64,000 bases of DNA, from assembly GCA_002633005.1 (NCBI GenBank), contig NMRA01000794.1:1-64000 (forward strand). Reading direction: 5' to 3'. The position numbers were made by a program, and so were the translations under genes. The notes under the pieces were generated by a model, which saw only the letters and a program-made list of their open reading frames with translations, ran no database searches and had not been told where the DNA came from. Positions 1 through 12,507 of this stretch are shown here, piece by piece (within the stretch, counting starts at the first letter, position 1; every line of letters begins with the position of its first letter). Origin of the DNA: Phoronis australis (taxonomy: Eukaryota > Animalia > Phoronida).

Positions 1-2
1 TC

Positions 3-1142
3 CCTGCAAACCAAGAACTTCGTGAAAAATGGATAAACAACATTAGGAGAGCTGGGAGTAAGGAGAGATTTAGCGCATTCAAACCAACGCGGAGCCATCT
101 AGAAGGCAACACGTAGACCGTCGGTTGGCCATATAGGGGCTACAATACTTCCATTCGCTTTCTGTACTCATTTCGTTACTTCAGTGTATTTTAAACGGAG
201 TGGATTACAGATTTCGAGTTTTCACCTCGTCAAAAATACATTCTACTCTTAAAACTATCATTTAAAAAACGCTTACTTTCATCATTGGTCCTTTCTACTG
301 CTATACATATCTATAGCTTAGTTGTGAGAATTAAGTTGACCTTGGCGAAGAATTACAACTTCACTTTTTTGGTTGCCGTTAATTTTATCACCGCGTGCGC
401 GATAACCATAAATCATGTCAACTGAATCACGTGAGTTAGGCAAAGGTTAGCGCGAGACTCAGCGAAGCGCGTGACGCTAGCGCGTGACACTTGTAAAATA
501 GCATGAGAAGGTATTGGGTGAAACTTGTAAGATGTGTGTCCCTTAGACATTTATTCGTCAACATGCGTAATTTCACATAACTTCCTCAAATGGCACCCCC
601 GGGGGTAACTGAGAGAAACTCGAGCAAACCGCGACAGATTTTCATCGATTTGTTCAAGTTTTGCTGACTAAATTGTATCCAGTGTCGTGGTATGTGTTAT
701 AACTCCGTGTTCCTATATGTATGGTTCATTTGATTTTATTCGATGTATTTTGAAATGAGTAACTTTTTGTGAGGATGTACTATCGAACCCTGAATGCCTG
801 CGGCATCCAGTGCAATGTAATTGCCTAAGGGCCATCGTGTGTGCAGCGAACATTTTCCTGGTGGAAAAAGGACGTATGAGAACAACATTCCGACGCAGTT
901 TCCTTTTAAAATTAACGTCACTAGCATATCCACGGCGAAAGCTACAAAAGTTAAACAACCCAAGAACTATCAACTTGTCTGAAACCGGAGATTTCGAAAT
1001 CAACGCCGGTAGCCCCAACACTGAACATGACGACAGTCGTGCCCTCGGTCACACGGTCACTGATCATGGCTACGCTGTGTTTACAAACGAGAGAGAGGAC
1101 TTGTTTGGTATTATAAAGCAAAAAATGAAACATGGTTTTTAG
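3..1142 (+). pseudogene. THAP zinc-finger protein remnant (probably from a THAP-type DNA transposon), split by an insertion and frameshifted
   Basis: 3-99 reads PANQELREKWINNIRRAGSKERFSAFKPTRSH and 833 onward reads HRVCSEHFPGGKRTYENNIPTQF. Joined, they give the THAP pattern FP..R..W...I.R....VCS.HF....PT.F. After a frameshift come a basic PRRKL motif and DHGY (the D/EHxY HCF-1-binding motif typical of THAP proteins). The N-terminus lies outside the window. Confidence 0.8.
100..830. mobile_element. ~730-bp non-coding insertion in the THAP domain
   Basis: Flanked by direct repeat GCCATC (94-99 and 831-836; 8 bp with 1 mismatch). Removing it restores the THAP reading frame. The ends share only a weak AGGCAA inverted motif. 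Confidence 0.65.
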
Positions 1143-2331
1143 GTTGCAAATCACTCCAAATGCACGCACTATCCAGCCTGCTCAAGACATGCCTGACCAC
1201 AAGTTATCCCATGAGCCTTCGCGCAGGAAATAACTCGCACAAGGGCAATGCGTAGTTCGTTTGCGCTGCAAATCCGCTATTGGTGGAATGAATATTATTG
1301 GGTCGCAATCCAAACCTTAGGATCACAGGATAGTTTTTCCTAGAGAAACCGTTGAAGTCGTAAGCTACTACATTTCCCATTCCTAAATTGCGGGAATGTT
1401 TTTAAAGTTTCATTCGACTCACTGGCAATATCACAAACTTGTTATACCGCAGCAGACACTGGTCACTGCTTAGACAATCTGTAGGTTGTGTTCCAGAAAA
1501 TGAGGCATCGCACATTTATCTACTTGAAATGCTTTGATGACCGGGTGCTCTATAACGAAAAGATCCCCACGTCCCTAAGTACACTGGTTGGAACTCAAAC
1601 TCTTTGAATTTTCCTCCACAACAACATGATGATTACGAGGTCACAAATTAAACATTAGGTATACTGGCGTCGGAATTCTAAAATACCATTTATCTCCACT
1701 ATAGCAGCCTACACATGAGCAATGTTCTATTTTAGTGTATGCGTTCAAGTAGCAAGGCTCCGTAATACGGAATACCTCACGCTCAAGTCCCCTGTGTACA
1801 TGCACGTGTACCTCATCGGTGCAGGTAGAGATTCCAGTTGTGCAGCATATCACGTGGCTTACAACCTATGTAATATTTGGCGCATTACAGAATTAAACAC
1901 TTTCTCAGACAACACCTAGGTGGCGTTTCGAATGCCAGGACATCATCTGAATCACAATGTTTTGTCAAGTTTTGTTGCGTGACGAAAAGATGAATATTTT
2001 ACCAAAAATGACTGTATGACGACTACCCATCTCATAGTTGACTTCTTCTTCTTCTCCTGTTTATCCTAGAAATGAGAGTGAAATAATAAATGGATCACAA
2101 ATGCTCGCATTTCTTATACATTCGTTATATATTGATCTTGCATTTTATCGTTTATTAAAGACCTAATGTTCGTTTCTAAACATCTTATGGAATATAAAAT
2201 TTCTTTTAGAGCTACGTTACACCCTTGAATTGTTAATAGTCTAAGGATATTAGGAACGCGAAATATTCTGCCCCGTCTACGCAGAAATATGCGTGGCGTT
2301 GGGTTATCTGGTAAAAGGACACTCTAAACTA

Positions 2332-3565
2332 AAAAGATTATTGTCACGGCGTGACAATAACGGACTCTGCGCGTGTGTATTACTGGAATTATTATGGGAA
2401 GTTANAAAAGATTATTGTCACGGCGTGACAATAACGGACTCTGCGCGTGTGTATTACTGGAATTATTATGGGAAGTTAATGACAGCAACCCCGTTTACCA
2501 ATATGAAAAGGAATTCTTTAAAATTGTAGGAGAAATTACACATTAATTTTGATGACCGTCCTCTAATTGACCTCTTCCGGTGCATATGAGCCCCAATGAG
2601 GGAGTAATTGTTAACTCGATTAAAAATGCGGTTAATGCTAATAATCACAGATGTTTTACTTTAAGTACTTCAGAATATAAGATGAATGAAGTGGTCGCAC
2701 TTAGTAAACAGATATGTAATTCTGAAGTCTCTAGCTCAAAATTTTATTCTGCACTCAGTGACCTTTGATCTATTTTTTCTCATCGGTTAGGCCTATTGCG
2801 AAGTAAAGTAGGGTATTCAATTGGCATGTTTGACTTACACCTCTGTGCTGAAATTGAAAAGAATTCCTTGAAAAACGTAAGAGATAGAACAATTTGAACG
2901 TTACATGACCTTTGCACTAATTGACCCTATCCTGTGCATTATAAGCGTCTTTAGGAGAATTATTGCAAAGCCCATGGGAAATGTCTTTAACGCTGAGAAT
3001 CACATTTGTCTAACGGTTGACACATCAGAATACTTGCTGATTGAAAAGGTCAAATTTTCAGAAGAAAAATGCACATAATGACCTCATGTTTGCACTAAAT
3101 GACCTGAAACTTTGGATTCCGATTTGATTTACCTGTGGCAATCAGACCTGTCAATTTGAAGTGTCTAGCTCAAAATTTTGGTTTGCACCCAATGACCTTT
3201 AACCAATTTCACCTGATTGGATGACCCGATTACTTAGAAAAGTATTTTTTTAAATTGCCTTATTGACTTATACCTGTGTACCGAATTTTAAAAGAATAGT
3301 TTTTAAAATAAAGGAGTAGCATTTTGAAAATTACATGACCTTTGCGCTTAATGACCTCTTCGGTGCATTATGGAATATGAATATATAATGAATCAAAATT
3401 TATAGACTGCCTAACATCAAATTTAAATTTGAGACCTGCAACCCTTTTGCAGATATTAAGTGTCAATTTGGTCGGAAGAAGAATAAGAAGTAGAATAAGA
3501 ATAAGAATAAAATTGAAGAAAACCCAGGAACAACAATACTCTGCGCTTGCACGCGCAGAGTAATT
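2332..3565 (+). mobile_element. Helentron/DINE-1-like non-autonomous element
   Basis: 5' palindrome TTATTGTCACG.CGTGACAATAA; subterminal ACTCTGCGCGTG inverted to CACGCGCAGAGT near the 3' end; three diverged internal TGACC-rich subrepeats (~2510, ~2860, ~3295); (GAA/GAATAA)n tract 3475-3520; 3' hairpin TACTCTGCGC-ttgcac-GCGCAGAGTA (3537-3562). Confidence 0.55.
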
Positions 3566-4731
3566 AGGAAAGGAACTGTTATGAGTGATGCAGCATACAA
3601 TTTGAAACTCATGACGTCAAAAAATGGTGACTATTCGCTTTTTGTTATGGGATATAGGGCGGTTTGTGTTATCGAATATAGGGCAGTGTATTTGTTAAGT
3701 ACAAGCAAAATAGATTGATAACTGTTTTCGCCAAAAACGTGTTTCGAACAAATTTCGTCTACAGTTATGGAAAGTTTTGTGGTTACAAAATATCACAAAC
3801 GACATTTTTGTCGAACGGCAGACGTAGCACTCTTAAGTCCACATTTTAGTCAAAATGGAGAGTGTCGTGTAAAGTCTATTTTCAAATGGTTGAACAGAAA
3901 AAAACATTTCTTTGTTGTGCGTGAAATTACAAAAGTATGTGATCATATCATATTTTGCCGGGGTTAAATAGTAGGACAATTTGATTTTTTTTGTTGGGGA
4001 TTGCGGGATAAACTCAAAATGTGGTACAGTCTACCAACTGCTAGACGATTGGAAAGCAAAGTGAAAGCTGTCGGTAGCACAGATTATTGAAATGGACCCT
4101 TTTCGAAGGTAAACTTTTCATTTATTAGTGTTTATTTAACAACTCAGCCACACTGTCACATTTTTATTTTGATAGTCTAGCTTACAAAGTTACTCGCGTC
4201 CTAAACTTATTCGAGCAGAAAGCAAGAATTGCATAGGCCAAACTCTCGTCCAATCCCTTACAATATTGGGGTTACAAGCTCTAACAATAGGTCACGTGTG
4301 AGAGTTGACATTCAATTTCCAGAATTATCTAACGAATTCCACGAAATCAAAAGTTCTTTAGTATTACAGATGGCAATAAATATGGCCGAAACGGCATTCC
4401 ATCGGAACGACAAATGAAAAAAAAATATTATTCAGTTGTGAAATGGATACTGGCTTTATGACGTCGGAAAGTGATATTTTAATTGTACCGTCTGCACTGA
4501 GTGTAGATTAAACACCGTTGATTAGCGAAAACAAAGTCCTGGGGAACAGTTGAGGTAACCACGAGTTAGCGTTAAAAAGAAATAGCTAAAGTCCTTGAAT
4601 AGAAGTATCTATGCAATCTTACTTGATTAAGGTTTGCAAAGTCTTAAGTTCAACGGTATTTTATCAAATATCATGTATTTATTAGGTCAAAAACCCAACC
4701 GTTGCCGCACAATTAAAAAAGTTCAAGTTCA

Positions 4732-4768
4732 ATCAACGTTTCGTCTATTCATTAGACATCATCAGGAT
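4732..4768 (-). ncRNA. minimal hammerhead ribozyme motif
   Basis: Minus strand: atc CTGATGA t GTCTA atgaa TAGAC GAAA cGTT gat. This has both core boxes, a 5-bp stem II, a palindromic ACGT stem III and an atc/gat stem I. Confidence 0.6.
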
Positions 4769-6124
4769 AACTATAGGACAGCAAGTACCAACAAACAGTT
4801 CAGGTAACATCTGTAAAGTGAAGTGAGAGATACATGGAATATAGTCAGTACATAGGCGGAGTTAGGGGGGGCAGGGGGTGCCCCCCCCCCGTCGGCTGCC
4901 GAAAAAAACAGGAAGAAAAGGTGAATTGTTGAGTTTAATAACTAACCCCGGTAATTAACATTATACGGCGGAAGCAAGACTGAAATGTGTGCAGTTTTAG
5001 TGTGTTTGGGGGGGATTGTGGCTCAGATCCAATTTCAAGTGTCAAATACGGAACACGGCTCAATCGTAACGGAACCATTTCTAAGTATAAGTTCTTCTGC
5101 GATATCCCAGGCCACCGGCAGTGGCACTGCGCACTACGACTCCGCTTCCGTCGTCTGCTTCACTGTGCAATGAAAAAATATTTCATTTTTTAAAAAAAGT
5201 TGAATTTGAATGACAATGAAAAAACAGAAGCTGCTGGTAAGATGTCAATTTTAATCGAAGCCTTAGTGAATCACTCAGGAACTCACAATTCTCTCGTTGT
5301 CAAACCCTAAGACGATTTCCAAAGCAATTGCGGCATTAAATGCCAACACAAAATAACGGATTTGGTCTCTTGGGCAATTAAAAACTATTTTAAATACAAC
5401 AAATTTGTTACAAACTGATTGCAAAAAAGTATAAAAAGTGTAATAAACATTGCAAAAATAATTAGGTTTCGCGCGCAAACACTGTGGACCATAAACAAGT
5501 AAGTGTATTAGTATCAAAGTACGAGTGAAGTTTGTGGTGATATACATGTAGTGGTAAAGCAAGCGCGCTTTAAACGCCGGGTCGTGTTTTCAAGGCTGTG
5601 CTAATTGCAGTTTTTCAAGTTTTACACGTTCTCCGTGTGTTTTTTTTTCTTGGATAATACTTCAGGAATCTAAGAAAATGGTTAATGTTTAGAGGAAAAA
5701 ACAAACAACTTTTTCTGTGCGAGAGGGAGTTTGCCCTCTCAATAAAAGGATCCTTTATTGAACGATCGCCATGTTGTTTATAGAGTTTATCGTTAATGGG
5801 ACAACTGTAAGTAATTCTAATCGGACTCACACAGAGACGCCTCTGTGACAAGCTGAAAAAATATCACACTAAAGAGAAAAGCAACATGTATGGGCTTTGT
5901 GTTAGCAACAGTGACCAAGCCAATTCACTAAGAATTAACTGCAGCGAACTTAGTAAAGAATTAATGTACAATAAATAGTCTTTGGCCATTCAGAACCAGC
6001 ATGCCACCTATTGTCAGAGCTCAGTGACCCTGCAACTATGGTGATGACCAGCTACTGACTATATTCTCACTTTATGAATGTTACCTGAGGTGTATGTTGG
6101 CACTTGCTGTCCTTTTGAATAATT

Positions 6125-6161
6125 ATCCTGATGATGTCTAGTGAATAGACGAATTGTCGAT
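6125..6161 (+). ncRNA. minimal hammerhead ribozyme motif (degenerate second copy)
   Basis: atc CTGATGA t GTCTA gtgaa TAGAC GAA ttGTC gat; the GAAA box is mutated and a GUC triplet is retained. Confidence 0.5.
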
Positions 6162-6549
6162 TAAACATAAACTTTTTTCTTGTGCGGTGATCGTCCGTTT
6201 TTTTTAAGCTCACTGCGGCCAAAAACTGATTTAAAATATTTATAAACTTTTCAATATTGAGTTCCGGGTTTTTCGCGTTAAGGCAAAAAGATCCAACTGA
6301 CTCCAGAGAATCATCAGTAGCCTTGCATGGAGGGAATTAGTTTTACCGGAAGTATGCTGCTGACAGTAGGCCAAGCCGAATTTTCACCCTCCGTATTTTG
6401 TGAAGCCTGTAACAGAAACTTAACAAATAAACAAATGGATCATAAATATTTGCATTGTACACAATTCAATTTCTGACTGATGGGTCAATTTAGAGTCATT
6501 AAATCACGTTCAATCTGTTGTGTTGGACAAAATGCTTCAACCCAGAGCT

Positions 6550-8101
6550 TACACTTTACAATGTCATGAAGACATTGGGTCCGTGGAACACTCCTTTATT
6601 ACCATGAATTGCCAATACCCGGGGTAAAACTGCGATTTTAGCTTCAAAGAAATAGGCGCCAAAATCTTCAACAACTACGTTGCTTTTGCAGCTTCAGATT
6701 CCCGTTCATGTTTGAACTTCATCCATGTGGCAAATCAAATTAAGTCCAACCTGGAAAACGAGCAATTTATAAATGAAGTTTAGACATCCACCGACAATGT
6801 TTAAAAATTTGAGAAATGTGAGGCCACAAAAACGGGGTTTGCGATTGACGTCACAATTATGTCATAAACATTGCGTTTCACGATGAAGACACGTTTGTTT
6901 TACCATAAATGAGGCCAAGATGTTTGCCATGTACTCTTGTGCCACCCTCCTCCTCTCTGCAGCCTGAAAAAGAAATCACACTATAATTGTAAAAATTAAC
7001 GTCATTTGCAACCCGATTCAATTTTTTCCTATACGTCTATTTTAACTAGTTTGTGTGTCACCTCATTCGTGCTTTGTCCACCACACCGAACCGAAATCAG
7101 TTGCATCAAATTGTGAAGATGGTGAGGACTGAAATTGATGACGTCAATGCATTTTGCGATGAGAGTGTGACACGGTCGTGTCAATTGAAAGTTAGCTACA
7201 TACTGTTGTAAAATCTGTGGTGTGAATAAGACCTAAATATACTATAACATTTCCCGTTTTCTTTTCAGACGGGTTAAATATATCATTAACAGCGACCAGG
7301 TGTCGAATGAGGCATCCCATTTGCTGCAAGAACCCTAAACCCCATACTCCTATGTTCATTCATTAATGGGGAAATGCCAAAGAAGAATTCGATGGGGTCC
7401 ATGAGAAACCACGGAAGTCACAGTGAAAGATCATGGATTGTATTTCCTAACAAGTTCTTATGGTATATTGATGTTTCACTGGTAAAATAAACAGAGAAGG
7501 TCTAAGTTCTTGATTTGCGTCAATGGTGATCTGTGTAGTTATCATCCCTTGTTCATAGGCTAGTTTTAGCACCTTGACCGGTCATCTAGGTGTAGGTGAA
7601 GTATTGAACGTGTTAATATCGAATGGATTCAATGAAGCCGAAGTGTTGCAGAATGAATCGTCTTGGTCGCCTGCTTCTCCAAGATTTCTAACATGAAGTC
7701 CCTCTAAGTGTAGTGCTTGGGAATCAGAAGCTAACCGCGTAGCCAAATGGTTCTACTTCATGCAAGGCCAGGTAAAACACTTGTAGTAATTATGCTTTAA
7801 GCCCGGCACTCATCATCAAATTTCCTAGGGGTGTATATTATTTCTCATTTAATAACGTCGTCAAAAAGTACGGTGTTTCTGAGATACTGACCTAGGTCCT
7901 CTGAAAGACTACCCGGTGCAGTTGTCGAGCATTTTGCGCGACCAAGTTATAACCGCTTTGCATTCATGCCTCCCAATGGTGCCAATAGAAATGGCGTGAT
8001 CAAGACCAGCTTGAACATCATATGAGTTGTAGTTCCCATGTGCACCTATAGACCCGCCCTCTGCCGCGCCACCATTCGGTGATTGGTGTACTTCCACGTT
8101 C
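6550..8101 (-). pseudogene. possible degraded multi-exon coding sequence, family unrecognised
   Basis: AG...GT-bounded segments at ~7913-8101, ~7061-7128, ~6904-6964 and ~6603-6750, plus a long stop-interrupted frame at 7250-7750 (..VKVLKLAYEQGMITTQITIDANQELRPSLFILPV..). No domain recognised. Confidence 0.25.
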
Positions 8102-11100
8102 TACAAACGCTTTTTGCTTGTATTTACGGACTGGAATTGTTTAAATAAAAGTAAAAAACACAGATAGTTATACTTTCAGGTGCTGGCGGGTACGATTGAC
8201 GTTGTATGTTTTAACTCAGGTCTAAATGAATGTTCTGCTACTGCCATCCTGATGATGACGTGTTTGCTAGATGGTGTGTATAGAGATTTGACAGATCTGC
8301 GGCAAAGATTTTATAGTTACCTAAGATGTCCGACTTATGATCTAAATACGTCACAGCGTTACAAGTAGCGCCACCATCTGAGAGATCAAATACAGCATAA
8401 TAATGTCATGACTTTAATGCTAGTGTGACATCTGGTGCTTTTCAAAATACTTTGTTTCGCTTGCCTAAAGATAAGGAGAGGTAAGTGTATATTCATTATA
8501 TATTCCATACTACTACTGGCAAGTGCTGATCGGAGAACAGGAGTCAGTACAGCAGTAGAATAATAATAGTAGCAGGCCTACCTATTAGGGATAGTTACTA
8601 GTAGTTGACAATGCTGAGGTCCACAGCATGGTCGTATGAGACTCATTTGGTAGTGGCAGCATATCCTCTGCCATGAATGTAACAGAATTGAAGTGGAGTT
8701 GTATCAGCTGTGTTTGGATAAAGAAAACTAGTCTGTGTGTAGTCTACAGTTCAGGTTACAGGGTCAGATCCAGTGTACTGGTCAGCTGGCCTTGTTTACT
8801 GTGTGAAAACTGGGGCGAGATAGCACTTACATGGCCATGTTTATTGGAGAATATTTGCAAGCTTGCACAATCTAACGACGTTGTTTGTTGACGTGTAGGC
8901 TATATCTCAGTGTATGGTTCAATTTAGTTATGCGATTTGGGTGCAGAGTATGCATAGATCTGACCTAGCAGGGAAATCCTTAGAAGAGCTACGTATCCAA
9001 GAGGTACAATTCAATAATTAACTAAAATAAGAAACTGCTGTTTTAGTGTAAGCAGTCTGATTTGATACATTAGTATGAAGTTCCCAGGCACTACTCTGAA
9101 TTATCACAGGATACGCGTGCCTCAAGCTATCTTGCTGAAGAATATGTACCCTAAACTGGGATTATTGAGTCAACTTCTTTCTCAGAACAGTAAAAAACAC
9201 CTTATTCTTTGATAGGCCTACATTCCTCTGTACCCACACAGCTTGTTTCCCATGCCTGCATACATGGGGGTCTGGAGCTCGAACGAGCCCCCTTATTTGG
9301 CATAGTGGGCAAAAAAGTTTGCCCCATAGAAACGGAAAGTCCGAAAAAAGTAAAACATGAGACAAAAGTCCAGTTCCACCAGTCTTTTCTTAGTTATAGG
9401 TACACATTCTCATAAATTCGAGACAACCTTTTCTTTGACTGAGTGCGCGTGCATGTACTTGCTTAAAGTCCTTGTCTCACGCGTTGTTAACAATTATTAC
9501 ATGGTTAGAAGATGTTATAAGGATCCAAGAAGTACCTACCCCATAACTAATACACGATCCGTACTCGAAAACAGTTTAAATGAACGCGCCACTCACGATT
9601 CGCACCCGAAGAAACACCGCCATTTTGAACTTGCCGCGAACCCGGAAGTACAATTCATTCAGGAACCCAGGCCGAGAAAACGCCGTCAGTGCGACTGGAG
9701 CAGTGCCTGTACTGTTACCAGCCAGTAAACGGGGATAAAAAAAATCGACAGCGCGCCTTAATTTTGATAAAATCAAACTACGGACAATTTTATGGAATTT
9801 GCTGAAGAAATGTGGCGAATAAATTTTGACAGAAATTATTTTGCCAGACTCGGGACCGCAGCCTCGGACCCGGTGCGGATCGAGACCAGACACTGGCGAA
9901 CGGTAAATGCATGCGGTTGCAAGCTGTTTTGTCGAAGTAAAATGGTCAAATGATAAATGCTGCATATATTCAAAGGTAGTTTCAGACACTTGTATGAAAT
10001 TACGGGCTGGTTAGTCCTGTGTCACACTGCTGGCCACAAACACAAAAAACCCGAAAATTGAACAAAGTTTCTTTTTTGTAGCAACGTTTGTCAAATGTAT
10101 CAACGTTAAATCTTCACAAATTACAAAGTAGCCGATTGAACATGCCTTTCAGTCCAGCAAAAGTTGACATTGTAGGTGCCGCGAGAAATGAGACGATCGA
10201 AGTCCTACGGGAATTGTGCGCACATTTATCACTACAACTGCGAGGCTGAAATTTGGTGAACACTGCTAAATCGTGCAGAATAGTAATTAAAGATATGTCT
10301 AACTAAATTTTTCCGTAATTTGTTGGCGAAAACAATTTACACAAAGTTTTAAACTCGTAACTCATCCCGCTGTCCTCCAATATGGCCGACGCGATCCACC
10401 CAAAGTGACCCAAATTTCGCCACAAAACTTGCAATAACTTTACAGTGCTTGCCAGGATTTTGATACTTTTTCGATTTTTACTGAGTAGAATGTACTACCT
10501 TTCCGAAGATAGCAAAGTACTTTTTCAAAACGAGGAAAAACATAAAACCGAAAAAAATTGGTTCCACCCATATTGGTTCCTAGGTTCGACCGGCCTACGT
10601 AAGGAACTAAACACCAATGCTATTTTAACATACTAAGTACGCGTAACATTCCAAAAAAATCAACGACCACTAACTACAAACTATAAATACACTACATATG
10701 CAAACGAATCACGATATATTACTAATAAAACAAAATAATGAAGACTTTTCGAGCAAGCCATAGCACATTCAGTTACAAGGAAAAAATGGCGGCGTTCAGG
10801 ACAAGTTCCTGAACTGATGAGCCGGAAATGTGGGTACGGAAATAACCGATGACAACCGGTAATCATACGCTCAGAGAGAAGGGTCAAATACTGTTAAAAA
10901 ATCGCTTTTGGCAAGAAAGGCGAAAAGAATATAAAGAAAGGGTGTCGAAAATAAGAATTTATGTAGTAAGTATTTTCGGATACTGGAACCACATGGGCAG
11001 TTTGCAACAAGGACTTTAACTCCACAGCCCATCAGAATGTGTTTGTCTTTCACAATAACTACTTGTGTGAAGCGATCTCATTTTTGTCAGGCATAACTCT

Positions 11101-11947
11101 CTTTGAAGTATAACTTCTATGGGGCATGTCTATTGAGCCTTTCATACTAACGTCGACGCGTCGATGGTTTGTGGAGTTGCGGTCAGTATGAACGCTTAAC
11201 TCAGGTCCAATCGAAGTTATCACACGATGGCATAGCAATCGTCAACAGAGGGCAGTCGTCGCAAATACTTCTTAAAAAATTCCTCAAGTAATCACTAGTG
11301 AAGTAAGAAAAAAGTTTGTTGTCAATCATCACACGCAGCCTAATTGTTGAAGTATTCAAATTTCACTAAAAAAATAATAAAAAATCTTAACGCACTCGGG
11401 ACGAAAGTTTTCCGCCATTTCTCAGTATTCAACGTGTGAGTGTTTATCCGACATTAGTTTCTTTATAATGAATAATCTCTTAAAAACTTGTTCGTCATCC
11501 ATGCAATGTGGCAGTCGTTGGTTGCCGCAAGAAGTAGATGTCCTAGTAGTTGCCTGGGGCGAGACGTCCGTCCTCGCCGTTCTGGACGACAAAGAAAAAA
11601 AAAAACGACAGAGCGTATAACGTCATCGCGGATAAGATGACAGAAATGAGTTTCCTCCGACGAACCACTGATCAAGTGAGAGTCAAAATAAAAAGTTTGA
11701 GGCAATTATACACGAAGCCGAGTGACGCAAAATAGAAAAGTGGTGCATCGGCAGAGGTTGCGAAGCAAATCTGCCCCCACTTTGAGGAGATAGATTCTTT
11801 TCTGGGGACCAGACCTCTATCTAACCCAGAAAACTTGGTTAGGTCTGTCGGTGAGTAATATTCAGTTCCAAACAACCTAGCATTATTAAAGTAAACTTAT
11901 AATTAAATCTTGATTTTTATGAAAGAATTTCTGTTCATAGCATACTT

Positions 11948-12098
11948 CAGTAGGCGGATCCAGGGGTGGTCAGGAGGTACACAACAACTCCACCTTTTTC
12001 CTGGATGTCTGTGGTCAAATCAAATTGTTGCCTTGGATCCGACTTTTTAAAAAATTTTTGATCCGACTTGCTTCTAAAAAATCCTGAATCAACTCCTG
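11948..12098. mobile_element. GGCGGATCC-family MITE
   Basis: CAGTAGGCGGATCCAGG ... CCTGAATCAACTCCTG termini. Confidence 0.5.
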
Positions 12099-12189
12099 CA
12101 TAGACTGTGTCAGAGATGTAATTTTCCACTTATTTAGCTTACAACATGCATGACTGACCAGATGAATTCTAATGACTCTGTGTTGAAGC

Positions 12190-12507
12190 CAGGGTCGGAT
12201 CCAGGATTTTGAGTTAAGGGGGAGGGGGGCGGTGCACGGCACAGGAACAACCAGAATTTCGCCACATGCACGTGCCCAGTCTACAACGTAAGGATGCAGA
12301 GCTCTCGGATTTTTGGGTTTGTAAACCTGATAACTAAAAAAAAAACGTTAACTGGTTTTGTTCAAGGCCTCTGCGTTGTGCATTCGACCCAAAATCCCGG
12401 GCTGCGCGCATGTGCTACTCGTAAATTAACCCCCCGAACTCCCAAATTGTGTGTTGGAGAATTTTAGGGGGGCATGGCAGCCTTGGACAACCCTTAATCC
12501 GCCACTG
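12190..12507. mobile_element. GGCGGATCC-family MITE with 5-bp TSD (hAT5-like)
   Basis: CAGGGTCGGAT ... ATCCGCCACTG flanked by GAAGC on both sides; internally similar to the copies at 16094 and 47066. Confidence 0.75.

Larger units (their letters stand above)
4690..6205. mobile_element. Penelope-like remnant with inverted ~125-bp terminal repeats, each carrying a minimal hammerhead ribozyme motif
   Basis: 4690-4810 is the diverged reverse complement of 6078-6205. Both arms contain CTGATGA-t-GTCTA(5 nt)TAGAC-GAA. Confidence 0.55.

Noticed and set aside
2332-2478. 73-bp direct repeat
   Set aside because: Exact duplicate on either side of a single N (2405): a contig-overlap artefact.
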